Source: Schizochytrium sp. TIO01
Taxonomy: Eukaryota; Protista; Bigyra: Labyrinthulomycetes
Reading direction: 5' to 3'
Assembly (NCBI GenBank): GCA_004764695.1
Contig: SMSO01000037.1
Location: 2,084,747-2,148,746, forward strand
DNA length: 64,000 nucleotides
Shown: piece by piece, positions 24,899 to 38,500 of the stretch
How the letters are laid out: each line of letters begins with the position of its first letter
How positions within the stretch are numbered: position 1 is the stretch's first letter
Notes under the pieces: model-generated
Database searches by the model: none
The model's input: only the letters and a program-made list of their open reading frames with translations
Told to the model about the DNA's origin: nothing
Made by a program: the position numbers and the translations under genes

Positions 24899-25814
24899 GG
24901 AGTTGCTAGAACTCCGGAAATTACTGCGGCCTCGAGCTCATCCGCAAAATCAACAAATCAATAATATGAACACCAACACCTCGCGTACGGAAGATTTGGG
25001 CCAATCGGATGAGGAAAACTAATTCAAGTCATCGTTCAATAAAATTCGATCGAGAATTTTTGTCATTGAAGGATTCTACGGTACCATATATCATTTTACT
25101 TCTACGTTCGTCCTTTAATTCCAAACTTCCATTCTAGATTCTTGCAATTGGGTATCTACTACCAATTAAGCCTAGATATCATTCAACAATTTTTATTTTA
25201 TTTTCCCTTTACAACGTCACACATCTGAGCTATGATGTTTTTCGCTTTGTTTGGGATATTGCGATCTCTATTATTCTGACGTACCTGAACGTCATTTACA
25301 AAAGTATTGAGTACTGACGGGAAATCAAACAATATCTTCCTTCTGTTTCGCCTTAGGATTATCTTAAATCTGTGTGACATAAACAGTTTAAGATTGCTTT
25401 GCATTTCAAGATACCACCATGGTTGTATTGAGAGCCACCATGGACAGCCACTCCTCTTCAAAAAAACTTCAATATACCAATGTTGGCATAAGTTGGGAAA
25501 TTTGAATTGGGTATAAACAGCACCTACTTTAATAAAGACTCGTGTCTGCAGCTGCGAGTTAATTGAACACGCTAGTGTTGTGCAATACAAAGAAATTGAG
25601 TTAAACAAATTCGAAGAAGTTGTATTATTAGTCTATTGCTACTTATCACCTATTGCTACAAAACTACCTACTAGTATACTTTTCGAAGGCATGAAGAACG
25701 GATCCTTAAAAAAGGGGTATTCTGAGGTTGGCATACCCTGGTACGCCGCATCAAAGTTGGTTCACAGGGGTGCTGCGAGGCAAGCAGCCCAGTGGGTAGC
25801 CTCACAGAAACACC

Positions 25815-27381
25815 ATGAGCATAAAACGCAAGGGAGTTGGCAGCTCGGTTCTGGAGGGCTTAGATGTCACAATAAACGGTGACTTGGAAACAACGTCATT
25901 GCTTACAACTGAAGAATCAAGTTCGCTTTCAAGCAAGGATGCTCTTACAAAGGACGATGATCTAATCGAGGTCCGAAAACGACGCTACTTAGTTTTCATG
26001 TGTGGTCTTTGCCAAGCCCTTAGCTACTGTGACCGAATCAACATAAGTGTGACCATCACAGAAATGAGCAAAGAGCTAGATTGGAATCTCATGGAACAGA
26101 GTACAGTTTTAGCAGCCTTTTTCTGGGGCTATATATGGTCTCAAATTCCTGGCGCTTATATTGCAAAACGTTACGGTGGACACATTGTGCTTTGCTTTGC
26201 AGCTGTCGCGTGGAGTGCATCAACACTGATTGTTCCGCCTCTTGCTGCCTACTCATCAGGATACGTTGTGTTTGGGCGTTTCATGCTTGGTATTTGTGAA
26301 GGCTGTGTATTTCCAGTTATTTACCACCTATTTGCTGATCGTATCCCTGTACAAGAACGCTCTCGTGCAATCGGATTTTTAAACTTTGGCTATTTCGGTG
26401 GAGCTATCTTTTCTCTCGTAGTCTCTTCAGTATTGATGGACCGTTTTCATTGGTCGGTAGTTTTTTACTTTTTTGGTATACTTGGGTTATTTTGGGCCGT
26501 TGCATGGGCGTTCTTTTCTCACTATATTGATAAAATTGATTTTCGTGCTACCCTGTGCTGCAACAAGAGCATGGCAGAAAATGTAATGCAAGCGCGAACA
26601 CCGCCTTCTCCAGAAATTAACTCAGGTCTTCTTGGTCAGTTTAGAACAATCGTTTGTCACAAAGTTGTTTTTGCGATAATCTATGCTCACTTTTGTAACA
26701 GTAAGTGCACTTTGAGAATGAATGGAAAAATCAGAAAACAGGGGTATCGTTATTGCACATGAGATACGCTCCAATGGAATCAAATCACAACTAACTTGTT
26801 CAATTGGAACAGACTTTGGAGTTTACGTGATTATGAGTTGGCTCCCGACCTACTTTCAAGAAACTTTTCATCTAGGTGGCTCATCTCTGGCGCTGACCTG
26901 TGTACCATACTTCGTTCTAGGTATTGGTGTGACCTTAGTTTCAACTACTGCTGACCGTCTGATTACACGTGGCGAATACACATTAGAGTTCATCCGTCGC
27001 ACATCGAGTACAATTGGCTTCCTTGGTGCAGGCACTTTTATGCTTCTCCTCGCGACCTCCTCAAAATTTGTTTCCGCCATAATATACATGTGCTTCGCGT
27101 TGGCTTTCAATGGAGCTAGCCCTATGGCTGGATATGAAGCTGCCAAATTAGATGTGGCAGCTCCCGAATATGTTGGCCGTTTGCAATCAATAAGCAATAC
27201 GATTGCAGCGTTTGCGGGTATCATCGGCGTACCAATGGTAGCTTACATAAAGGAAGCCACAGGGACGTGGGAGGCTGTATTCGTTATGATGGCTGGTATT
27301 TTCTATTCTGCTGCCGCTGTTTTCTTTGTATTCTGCCATTACAAAGGTAAAATCGTCCCTGGCCATGTGTCAACAAGTTAA
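25815..27381 (+). CDS. MFS anion:cation symporter, SLC17/PHT4 (sialin/VNUT-like), copy 1, 484 aa, 2 exons
   Basis: Exons 25815-26700 and 26813-27381. The phase-1 intron (GTAAGT...CTAAC...AACAG) restores HFCNNFGVYVIMSWLPTYF. Also has YCDRINISV, AAFFWGYIWSQIPG and GRFMLGICEG. Confidence 0.92.
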
Positions 27382-28165
27382 GCGCACGTGCCACCGTGAT
27401 TTTTAATACTACTGCTATCTAATATATAAAAGCATAGACTTTTATATTCTCTCTTGCTCTAGACTGCCCAAACCTGCCGGCATCATGATATCTTTAAAAA
27501 GTTGTCATTGTCCCTTGCGCCGCACCCTAGTAGCGGCGGAGCTCAGTGACATCCCTGTCATAATGATTAAAGATGACTTTTATTTTTATAACATTTTGAA
27601 ATAAACGCCCTGCATTTTTATTTTTAGTTGTATTTTTGCTTTCTTGTGACACAAAACAATCACAAATCGAAAAGGCAGTAGTATCACAAACAGCCGACTG
27701 CCATCCCTAAATCAAAACTTAAGCCTAGTTAGCACCTGCGATTCCACTTGCATCTCTTGCGAGTAGATAGATACCTGACTAACGCCATCATCATGTTGCA
27801 TGTTCGTGCAAAGTCGGCCGATCTTTGGGTGCCGCCACGAGTAGGATATTGTATAGCTGATCCATAGGATACTACTACGAGCTGGAGCGGCTACTTTTCA
27901 TCAATGTTATTCATTTAACAGTTGTTTTATGACATTTAAAAAAAAAACAGCCATTTCTTTCCATTCCCAGGTGGAACTTGAAGATGGGTAAGCAACAGCA
28001 TAATGCAAACGCAGCCTGCTCCACAAACTTGTGTGGAGCATTGCGGCGATTCTGCTCCAGTAGCAGAGCGCTAATTGGGCTGCGGAGGTCGAAGGCTTAC
28101 TGAAGGTCATAATGCACTACATTAAGCGGAAACACCTAGGCTCTGAAGGAATCAACGAGGCAGAT

Positions 28166-29808
28166 ATGAGCATAGGAAACGCAGCCGGCGACAAAAGCTC
28201 AGTCGCCGCCTTTCGCGTGAGCCATGGAGATGCAGGCCGAGATGTTGAAAGCAGCCGAAGTAGCGAATTTGGTGGAGTTAGCTCTGAAGTCGCAGAAGAA
28301 GACCCTGCAAATGTCTGGCGACGACGCATGCTCGTCATTCTCTGCAGTTTTTGCACAGCTCTAAGCTACTGTGACCGCGTGAACATGAGCGTTGCAGTAA
28401 CCGAAATGGCCAAGGAGCTTGAATGGGATATTCACCAACGAGCTTCAGTGCTGGCAGCATTCTTCTGGGGCTATATTTGGTCCCAAATCCCAGGTGCATA
28501 TTTGGCCCAAAAGTATGGCGGGCATGTTGTTCTAGGTGTTGCCGCATTCGCATGGAGCTTGTCTACAATCATTGTGCCCTTTCTTGCGGGAATTTCATAC
28601 AGACATGTGGTGTTTGGACGCATTGCACTTGGAGTGTGTGAGGGAAGTGTTTTCCCAGTTATCTACCATCTCTTTGCTAGTCGCGTGCCAAAGGAAGAGC
28701 GGTCTCGAGCACTCGGTTCCATCAACTTTGGAGTTTTTGGAGGAGCTGTTTTCTCTTTTGCTGCATCCCCAGTGATGATGCATCGGTTTCACTGGTCGAT
28801 GGTGTTCTACTTTTTTGGAGGAATTGGTATGATCTGGGTCGTCCTCTGGGGCCTCTTTTCCTACTACATTGATACTCCTGATGGTTCTACTGCATTGCCT
28901 TGCTTCCCTCCTCGGAAACAGATTGCACAACCCATACGCAAGTCCCCGACGGAGAATCTTAGTCTTCTCCAACAGGCTCGACTCATTGTTTGTCACAAGG
29001 TGGTCGTAGCTATTTTCTATGCTCATTTTTGCCACAGTAAGTTTTCCAAAATCACCAAGCAACCGCAGATAAGTAGTATATGCTTCATTTTTCAGCATGG
29101 AAAACCAATGTTTTTGAAGATACAATCTTTAACATTGCTACATGTACCCCATAAACCAACCAAATATCAAGCAAATGCTCTTTTATTTACATGAAATGGA
29201 AAATGAAATCACTAACCTGCTAGAACCCGGCATAATATATCACTTTCTCACCAGACATCGCTGCATTTGTCCTTATGAGTTGGCTTCCAACATACTTTGA
29301 GGAGGTTTTTGATCTTGGCGGCTCATCTCTCGCCCTGTCTTGCTTGCCATACATTACAATGGGTGTAGCCGTTACCTTTACATCTCGCCACGCTGATGAA
29401 TTTATTGCACGGGGTGAGATGCCGCTTGCTACAGTAAGGCGCATCTCTACAATTGTAGGCTTTCTCGGTGCAGGAACCTTTATGCTACTTATTACAACTT
29501 CGTCATGGGCTGTTTCAGCGATCGGTTACATGTGTCTTGCTTTGGCTTGCAATGGCGCTGGTCCGGTTGCGGGTTACGAAGCTGCAAAACTCGACGTAGC
29601 AGCACCAGAATATGTCGGACGTCTTCAGTCAATTAGCAACACTCTTGCTGCATTTGCTGGTATAATTGGCGTACCCATGGTTGCTTTCATCAAAGAGGCA
29701 ACTGGTTCCTGGGAAGCTGTCTTTCTTGCCATGTCTCTCGTGTTCTACTCTGCGGCATTTGTATTCCACATGTTTGGTCACTATACAGGAAAGGTTGTCC
29801 CTGGATAG
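28166..29808 (+). CDS. MFS anion:cation symporter, SLC17/PHT4-like, copy 2, ~474 aa, 2 exons
   Basis: Exons 28166-29036 and 29255-29808 (alternative start 28112). The intron (GTAAGT...CACCAG) sits at the same codon position as in copy 1, giving HFCHNIAAFVLMSWLPTYF. Long identical stretches are shared with copy 1 (GYEAAKLDVAAPEYVGRLQSISNT). Confidence 0.92.
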
Positions 29809-31369
29809 ATGTTTCGTCCATCTCGTCTGCGAGCTCGCGCCCAGAAGCGTACACGCGTACACTTCTTTTGAGTCGTTCAAGCCATTGTAGCCCCCTTGAA
29901 GACATTTCTGTAAGTTTCAAGTCTCCTTCTGCTGCTTCTGTTGCTCTTGATATTTCGCCTACTCCCTTAGCCCATGTGGGTCCGCTTTGAACGGTGTTGC
30001 GATTTCCACGACGGCGTCTCTGTAACTGTTGTGCATGTTTATCAAAGTCAAACACATTAATAAGAATGATCTTTGCATTGCGATACCACAATTCATGAAT
30101 CCCTTGGCGAGCACCACGTAGAGGCTGCTCCCATATTCCTAGCCTTCTTGCTAGAGGGCGAAAACGACTTGACTGATGGGGATCTAAGCTACTTCGATGC
30201 CAAATAACTAGCACACTGCCTGGGATCCAGGTCAACAGACCTAAAAGATCTTCCCCGTGACGGACATGCCAGGCTTTATGAAATAACGTAAGTGCAAATG
30301 ATGTTTCGTAACGCTCAAATAAAGCAGGTTCTACATCTTTGTGGGACCAATGCTGAGATTTATCCTGGGCATAGATGATTCCAGCAAAATGTCGCATATG
30401 GTGTTCGAAATTCATGAAGCTTCCATTCCAGCCTTGATGATAAACCCGTGGGACTTCTGGGAAAATACATTCTCTTCCACGAGAGATATCCGCTTTTCGT
30501 AAGAACCAATCAAAATGGTCTACAGGCCATGCATGGCGGAGTTCGGATCTCCACAGGCTCCGCTGCATTGTCCATCCTAAGCCAGGAAAAAAACTTGTGC
30601 GAAGAACTCTCCGCAAGTCCTTTACTGTGCCACGATAGCCATTGTCATTCCATGCACTCGCTATCCACAGACTTGGATCTTTCGCCACAAGTACAGCCGC
30701 ACTTGTTAAGAATTCTGCGAAGTCAGGAGAGAAAATCATGTCATCTTCGACAAGAATAAGAGCAGGTGCCGATTTGAATCGTGCAAACCCCTCTTCAATT
30801 GCATAATAGTATTGTGCTGCAATTGCAACACCAGGTCCAGTCTGGCGCGAGCGAAGGGAGCCCCCAGTATGAACCTGGTGTGAGTTTTGCACTGCACCAG
30901 CCGTTCTCTGCACGAGTGGAATTCCAAATTCCTCAAGCACTATGCGAGCGACGTCCTCGCGCATCCCATCTTGAGCAGCAAGAATATTTCGCTTGTGAAG
31001 CCCATGGACATTTTCAAGAAGAGATCTTAGCGCATCGCGTAACTCATCGACTCGTGAATGGCACAGAATCACCACAGGTAGTACACCTTCCTCACGAATG
31101 TAGGTATAGAAATTTTCCACCTCTTGAGAGTGAGGAGCCGAATATTTCTTTGTAGCTGCGTCGCGTCCATTGTGCCCATGCTCTAGATTAGACATAAGCA
31201 CGCTATCTTCTATTGCGTCGTGCGAATTTCCAGCATGATTTGGAATACCTGCAGTCGTAGCTACAACACCTCCAGACGCCTCAAAGAAACACATGTTAAG
31301 TATGAGGCTCGACAGCGTTAGGCACAACCACGACATCTCCCATAGTTGCCGTACTGACACGAACCGCAT
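29690..31369 (-). CDS. Glycosyltransferase family 13 (GnT-I/POMGNT1-like beta-1,2-GlcNAc transferase)
   Basis: N-terminal signal-anchor; motifs AQDG, LILVEDDMIFSPDF, SAWNDNG, RTSFFPGLGW and GRECIFPEVPR. Confidence 0.9.
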   Translation of the reverse strand: MRFVSVRQLWEMSWLCLTLSSLILNMCFFEASGGVVATTAGIPNHAGNSHDAIEDSVLMSNLEHGHNGRDAATKKYSAPHSQEVENFYTYIREEGVLPVVILCHSRVDELRDALRSLLENVHGLHKRNILAAQDGMREDVARIVLEEFGIPLVQRTAGAVQNSHQVHTGGSLRSRQTGPGVAIAAQYYYAIEEGFARFKSAPALILVEDDMIFSPDFAEFLTSAAVLVAKDPSLWIASAWNDNGYRGTVKDLRRVLRTSFFPGLGWTMQRSLWRSELRHAWPVDHFDWFLRKADISRGRECIFPEVPRVYHQGWNGSFMNFEHHMRHFAGIIYAQDKSQHWSHKDVEPALFERYETSFALTLFHKAWHVRHGEDLLGLLTWIPGSVLVIWHRSSLDPHQSSRFRPLARRLGIWEQPLRGARQGIHELWYRNAKIILINVFDFDKHAQQLQRRRRGNRNTVQSGPTWAKGVGEISRATEAAEGDLKLTEMSSRGLQWLERLKRSVRVYASGRELADEMDETSIQGQPFLYSDQTCGIQMPQSRTRETWQERQLPRNQLPL

Positions 31370-32535
31370 CACATTACTTTACTCTGCAAGAATCCCCTAA
31401 GGTCACGATGCTTGAGCTTTCGCTCCACCGATAGACGCGGAGTAGCTTTCGAATAACCTGAGTTCGCTAGGCGTAAGAAAGACAATCCCAAAATAGCTCT
31501 TTGAGTCTGATTTTTTCCTTTCTTCTTCTTTCATTTTCTTAACTTTGTAGGAAGCCTTAGCCCTGGATAAATAGCCTTAGAAAACAAAAAGTCGAACGGT
31601 CTTCTATCGTGCACGATATCTACCAACGGACATATGCGTATTTGCTAGTGGGCAGGAACAACAGCTCTATAGAGAGGGGCACGTAAAACAACACCACTAT
31701 CATGAATGTACAAACAATTGAATAGTAAGCGGATGATCTATTGTGACGCATCACGTGTCTGCAGTAGGTGTCCTAGAATAAACATAGGAAGTTTCATGAG
31801 TGGAGCCGTGTGTGCTAACTGAAAAGGTGAAGTTAAAAAGGTAAATAGACTCTTGGGTGGACTTTAGACGTTTGGGGAGAGACCGCGAAGGTTCACACAG
31901 AGTTATCTCCATCTACTTATAACTACCTGTTGTTGTGTGTGCTGGAAATAGAAAACTGAGGAAACGTATGCAAACAATCTCCTTCGTCGCAGAGATATTG
32001 CAAGAGGTTCTAAAGAAGCCGTATAGACATTCGAAATCCCCTTTTACTTAATTTGGTTTAGTCCATACATTTATCAAGATCGTTTAAGAAGAAGTAAGAG
32101 TGACAAGCTGCAGTACTAAGGGGAGGTGGTATTTTGAACCAAAGCGCTTTCTTCAATCTAATTACATCACACACTCGCTAGGTACTTGGCTGTCTGGTTG
32201 CCTAGTTGCCTGGTTGCCTGGTTGTCTGGCTATCAAATTATCAGGGGAACGCTCCAGCGACAACGACAGCTTAGAGACGTGCTAACTGCAGCATATCTAT
32301 TGCACTAAAGTTTCAGTGAAAAGCGCGATTTTGCACCCATACAAGGGTAGTGCGCTGCTATTTGTCTCTCTTGGAGCTTCGACGTTTGCAGTCAATGCCA
32401 CAAGCACCAAAGTGGCACTAGGGATTTGAGCAGCTCGTGAAAGATTTGGATTACACGTTTCCGCTAAGCACACGTGAAAAGCATCTTTGTGGGCACGCCC
32501 CTTGTGGACCTCGGCACGCCAAACGGCCCGCCACC

Positions 32536-35500
32536 ATGCCACGGAAAGGGCTGTCGCCGAGGTCTGAGGTCAATAAAGCTGATCAATCACTCACCAACCT
32601 AATGGATGCTGAGACGGTAACTACTTCGTTTGAAAGCGCCGAAGAGGCAGCTACCGCCATTACAGAGCGCATCAATACAGAACTTGATATGTCTATAGCA
32701 TATGAGAAACTGCAGTACCCACATAATCCGGGAACGGGACGAGCTCTACGAAAGAAGGAATTTTTCGACAATTTGGTAACCAACTATGGAGTCCATATTC
32801 CATATTCGTTGCGCGCCGCTACATTTGCTCAACTTGACCGAAACAAAGATGGACAAATTGATTTCAAAAATGATTTTGCCTTTTTATATGAAGGGAAAAA
32901 AGTACCACTCTTGGGTGACGTAAGTTTGGCCTCACGGGAAGCGTTCGCCGTAGATTCACTTTGCCGTGGATTTCGGGCGACCAACCAAAATCCACGTGAG
33001 CTTTGGCAAGGTCAAAAATCAATATCCTTTGCAGAAGGTATTAGACGATTACAATCTGTGGCTCCTGAGCTTGCACACCAGGACTTCTATCCCATTTTCC
33101 ATCGTATGGGTCTCAATACAAATGCAGAGGGTGGCGTCCTTGAGGCTGATATATTCTGCGAATATTTTGAGCCAAAGCTTGCCGTCTTTGAGAACCAACC
33201 TCTGACTCCACGTCGGCCACCATCAAGTAAATCAAAACGTAGTATGGGCGGAACAGCAGTTTCAAGAGGCAATCGTATAAGGGTGACATTGCAGACGAGC
33301 AAATCGGCACATCTTGCAGTCGACACAGGCCATGGAGACCCAATGGATCGACTTGCCCCCGATGTTATTAATAATTTATTATTGGGTAGAATTGATGACA
33401 TGTGCACATTCGTACTCTTGATGGATATATCCCCAGGTATGATTCTGTCTCAAATGTCGAATGGTCTATCCCGGGCTCGTTTCACGGCATCTCAGATTGT
33501 TAACTATCTAAACGAGAAGGTGCATGTTCCAATGCACTAACAAAATGAACCTCATTCTCTTTGGTCACGACCTGAAGGTGATTAAGTGGCATGAACGGAG
33601 TGTTCGTTTGACACAAGATGCAGTAAACCTATTAGAAGACTTTCTAAATCGACACATTGAGCAGCGAGAGTCTGAACTTTACGATGCGCAACAAAAGTAT
33701 ACAAACACAGAAAGCCCTGCTAACATGAAAACACCAAAACATACTGCCCGAATCCTTCGTGCCATTATTGTTGATGTCATTGAAAATGACACTGTCAGTG
33801 AAATTTGTCTTATTTGTGCTTTGCAAGGACATAGTGAACTTGCGACACATCCACCATGTGTTCTTCAAGATCTGAAGGGTCGCACACTGGTCAAACTTGT
33901 TCGTTCCCGGCAGCATGGCGGGACAAAGTATCCATCAAGTCCTACTCATCGCCTGAAATCATGCGTGATCCCAAGAAATGGAGGGTGTGCAATTATTATT
34001 CACGCCGCTGTCATCGGGCCGGTTGCTGACAATGCATTTGACGCTCTAGCACGCTTAACGCGCGCTGGGAATGGAAATGTACGCTGGATAAATGATGATG
34101 GTCAAGAAATGTGTCAAGTTACGCAGACCCCTCGGCACCATGAAATCGAAACTCGCTTACACTCACTGCAAGGATTCTGGTGGACAAAAGAAGCCTCACC
34201 TGAAGCAGATGCCACGAAGCAAACACTACGCCGAGTTTTGCTTGCGGTATTGAAAACAAGCCTGCCTGTTGATATTGCTTATTCTGGATTTGATGCAAAC
34301 TCGGACGGAGTTGTATCAGTAGGTGATTTTTGCAAGGTTGTTAACGCAATCCTCTCTGAAGAAGGGCATGGCCACGCGAAACTTACTTCTAAAGAGCGAT
34401 TTCGCCTCTGGCGAGTCTTTGATACGGTTGATCTAGGAATTGTTTCTATACCAAGGTTTGTTGCAGTAGTGCGAGCGGCTGCTCCATACCTTGGCCTCAG
34501 CGTTGATGGACTTTTGGGAAATGAAAATATTCGAGATCAAGTAAATGAAGAAATGGCTTTAATTCAGAATGCTTTGTCAACGACATCATCTGCAAGTGGA
34601 GCAACGTCGTTCAACACTCGTCATTCGAGGCCCCAAACAGCTGCACCCCGTATTTTGGTGAAGGACAGTACCATCGGAGAAGACTTTTCTGAAGAGCGAA
34701 AGACTAACAACTCGGAAAATGAAGACTATGACAGTGATGGCGATGAACATGTTCCTGAAACAAATGTTGAAGACGAGGAGTATGAAGAAGATTACGAGGA
34801 CGACGATATGCATTGGCTTCCTTCTGAAACAGATAGCAGCCATGTCTCTGGTACAGTTACCGTCACTTCTCCATCAGCACTTCTATCATCGACTACATCA
34901 AACGCAAAGCAACTTGTGCCAGTCCCACAGCCAAGGCGACGCTCCTCTATAGGAAGTACTGTGGAAATTGACCCCTCGACGTGGCGCGTAGACCCTGTGA
35001 TTTGGAAAGTGCCTTGTCTCGAAGCCAAGGTATTAAACACGGACCGAAGAGTAGGTTCCCCGTTTAAAAGACGTGCATCTAGCTTCTCATCGATTGCAGG
35101 ACAAGGCCTTGCTTGGAGTATTCGTGAACAAGCAAAAGTAGCATCTGACTCTATCGCGGTTACTCTGGCTATAAATGCAGCTCGGGAACGAGTACGATTA
35201 GGTGTTTCGGATACCCCAGGCTTATTGCATGCTCGAACTGCAGCGTATGGGCATACTGAGCTGCCAGAATCCTTAATATTGTCTCCAGAGGTGACCTCAT
35301 CTAGTCGGTGGAGGCGCAACATTAGCGACCAGCCACCTTTTGGGAACACCATGGATTCCTTTGCCACATTCCATGCCTTGGACATGAATGAGTGGCTTGA
35401 ACGTGAGGACGCTAACATTAGTGGCACCGGTGAACTTCGTCTTGCACCCCCATTTATTCATCACAAAAGTCATCTGCACGGTTCCACGCAATATGATGAG

Positions 35501-38500
35501 AAATTGCAAAGCTTGCGCCGAAGCGACAGGTCTCGACTTCGCACATGCCTCTTAAGTGTGCATCTACGCCAGCTTATTCGCGCCAAGGAACTGGTAGGCA
35601 TGCACGTCGTTGATATAGACGACGATAACATCATTCGACGGGTGTCAGAAGTCGTGTCACTCCCGCCCCTTAATCCTCAGGATGATGTACGCATTGCCTT
35701 AGAGTTAGATGAAACAAAGATTGTCGAACTGAAAGACACCTCGCATGGACAAAATACCATCTTCCATGGTAAAAACGCTAAAGGCTTACAGCTCGTTGTG
35801 CCTTCTGACTGTGTAGGTTTGAGTGATGGGGAAAGGTATGTACCTCCAGGGGCCAGCCTTTCAGTTGCAAGGTACTGGGGTCCCTTGCAATGTTACAGTG
35901 TTGGAACTCTACAAGGTGGGTTTGGTCTACCAACATCTGCAATCACCAGCGTGACACTTGAGCTTCCGTCGTTCGTTCCCTTTGCTCATGAGTTAGATCT
36001 AAGTAATGGAGTAGTGGAAGTTGGACAAGGAGTCCAGCGTGAGACTCTGCCATTGACAAACCGAAGCATTCGAAATCTCCCAATGCGACGATTTAAAGGT
36101 ATTTGTATTCGTTCAGGGCGCCTCGGACCAAGTTCAAAGCTTCTCTCTTTTTACAAGCTTGATGCAAAGCAAAGCCCAACACGGGATGTTGTAGCAAATC
36201 AAATCATACGTATGGGTTCTATCTTAGCAAGAATCAGCTCTCCTGACAATACACAGTCTCTCTGGCTCACTGAAGTGCCCCCTAGCTGGCTCAATCTTGA
36301 TGATCTATTGACGACATGTAGAACCTTATGGAATAATTGTCGGGCTTATGGAGCTTGCAGAACGAGTTCAGGCCGTGCAGAGCTGACTTTACCACAACTC
36401 TCTGTTCATTCAGGATTTATTCCGGTGCCTGGGCTGCCTAACGCTCGCCAGAGCATGAGCTTTACTTTGGATACTGCAGGTTGTGAGCTTATGTCTTATT
36501 GTGGAGGTTCATGGGCGATGGCGCACCCGCCAATGGGCGACCTTCAGAAAACACCATCTTTGCTTAATCCACAGCTTGATCGTCTTGTACCTGAGAAAGA
36601 GTTTTCCGAGCTTTATTTAGATGAAGATCGCTTCGTCTTTTCAAAACCGTTATTGTGCTTTCTGACAAATGGTGAGGAGCTCATGTCTGCCTTTTTGGCT
36701 GGCCAGGATGGTTGGGCTCAACCAGTTAATCCATTGGGCCCAGGATCTGTGAAAGCCAAGGCATCTCCTGTGAATGACCCTTCAGGACCGCGTCTTTCCA
36801 TCCGTACAAACCTACGTATGCGATCTCACCACAGTAGATTACGATCTCCCACCAAAGAGTTTCCTGAAGCCACCAGTCCACCAAAGATTGACCGATCTAG
36901 CAAAGCCACGGGTACTGGAGCACCTCTAGGAAATAGTGGAGGCGCAGTTGCTTTAGTCGCCGCGAGCGGAGGGCCAACGTTGTATCGAATTCCTGATGGA
37001 GCGACGACTGAAGAATGCATGGTAATCATTGCACAAACAATTGCTGATACACTTCGAACGACTCAACTGCCGACGTCATTGGGTCAATTTTTCGATGCCT
37101 TAGCAGAAGTCTGTACAACAGGAAGTCCTACAGCAGGTGTTCCACAGGCACTCAACCGAAAGGCATTAACAAGTGGGCTTCGACGCACCTTAGGGATCAA
37201 AATGAGTTGGGCTCAGTTTGATGCAGTATTTAACTTGCTGGGTGGAGGATCAACCGAAGTCAGCAAGGAACGATTTGTGAAGGGGTTCAAACGTCGCATT
37301 ATGAGGCTTACTGACAGTGCACTTGATGCTGATGCACCTAAAGATTACTCAAGCTTTGATGCTAGTATTGCAGCTAATGCAGCTGCATCTCGAAGCGATC
37401 GCCAGTGGCTTCGCGAAACACTTGGTCACCTTGTTGATTCACTTGAGCACGGTGATGAACTTCCGGCAGCGATGTTCCCTGAAGGAGCATCAGCCGCAGA
37501 GTTTGTAAGGTACCTGACCAATTTAAATTCTGGTCTAACGAAGCAAGACCTCTACAAGCTACTGAGCACAGTCGATACAGGGTTTGTTCGGAAACTAAAC
37601 TCTTGGGTGGACTTTGGAAACATGCTGTCTGCGGTATATATGGAGCGACTTCGAGATTTGCAAACAATGCGCACCTTAAACCCAGGTGTAATGCGAACAC
37701 GAGCGATAGACTTTCACGTTGCAAGAATTGAAAGAATGCTTAGACATCAAGAAACGACCGTATATGAAATGCAAATGTTTAAGCACAACCTTCCTGACAA
37801 TGTCCTGAGCACTATTTATGAAGCTGACAAGCTTGCCCGTAAACTAAATGCAATGTGTACTAAGCTTGCAAACCCATCTCTGGCTTCTTTGAAAAGACCA
37901 AACCAAAGGAAGCAAGACTTATTGAACCTGCAAAATCTACACAATAAAGTTCTCGAAGCCAGGAAAGTGGCGCAAGAAGCTCTTGAAGAGTTTGGTGCAC
38001 GTGTCGATAGCGCTCCTCAAGTTTCTGATGATGCCGCAGCACTGGCTTGGGATGAACTCAGTTCACCGTGGCTTCATGTGACATTCCGAGCGGGCATGGC
38101 CCTTCGTTGTGCAAGTCAAGGTCCTTTCGCAACGCTATTACAACGTGCAGGGGTTGTATCAAGCGATGATAGGCCTGTATGGGAGGAGGATCGAGACTTC
38201 CGTCTTAACAGGCTACATAACATGCTCTTGCGTACGGAGATCCGTCTTGCCCGGCAGGATGCAGCTCAGCGTAAAACAGACCAATCAAATGCTGCAACTA
38301 TGCTTGACTTTAAGGACCGCCAAGCGACACGACTTGTTCGTATTCAATGGCAACCGCATGGCCCTATCCGCCCAATGTCCGCACAAGAAGCAATGAGTCG
38401 TAGCGAATCCGCGGAACCTTCGCTCGCAAACTCCTTACAACAAGTCCGTGATTCTAGTGGACGACCACAAAGCAGTCTTGTACATTCTCCAATGCACCTC

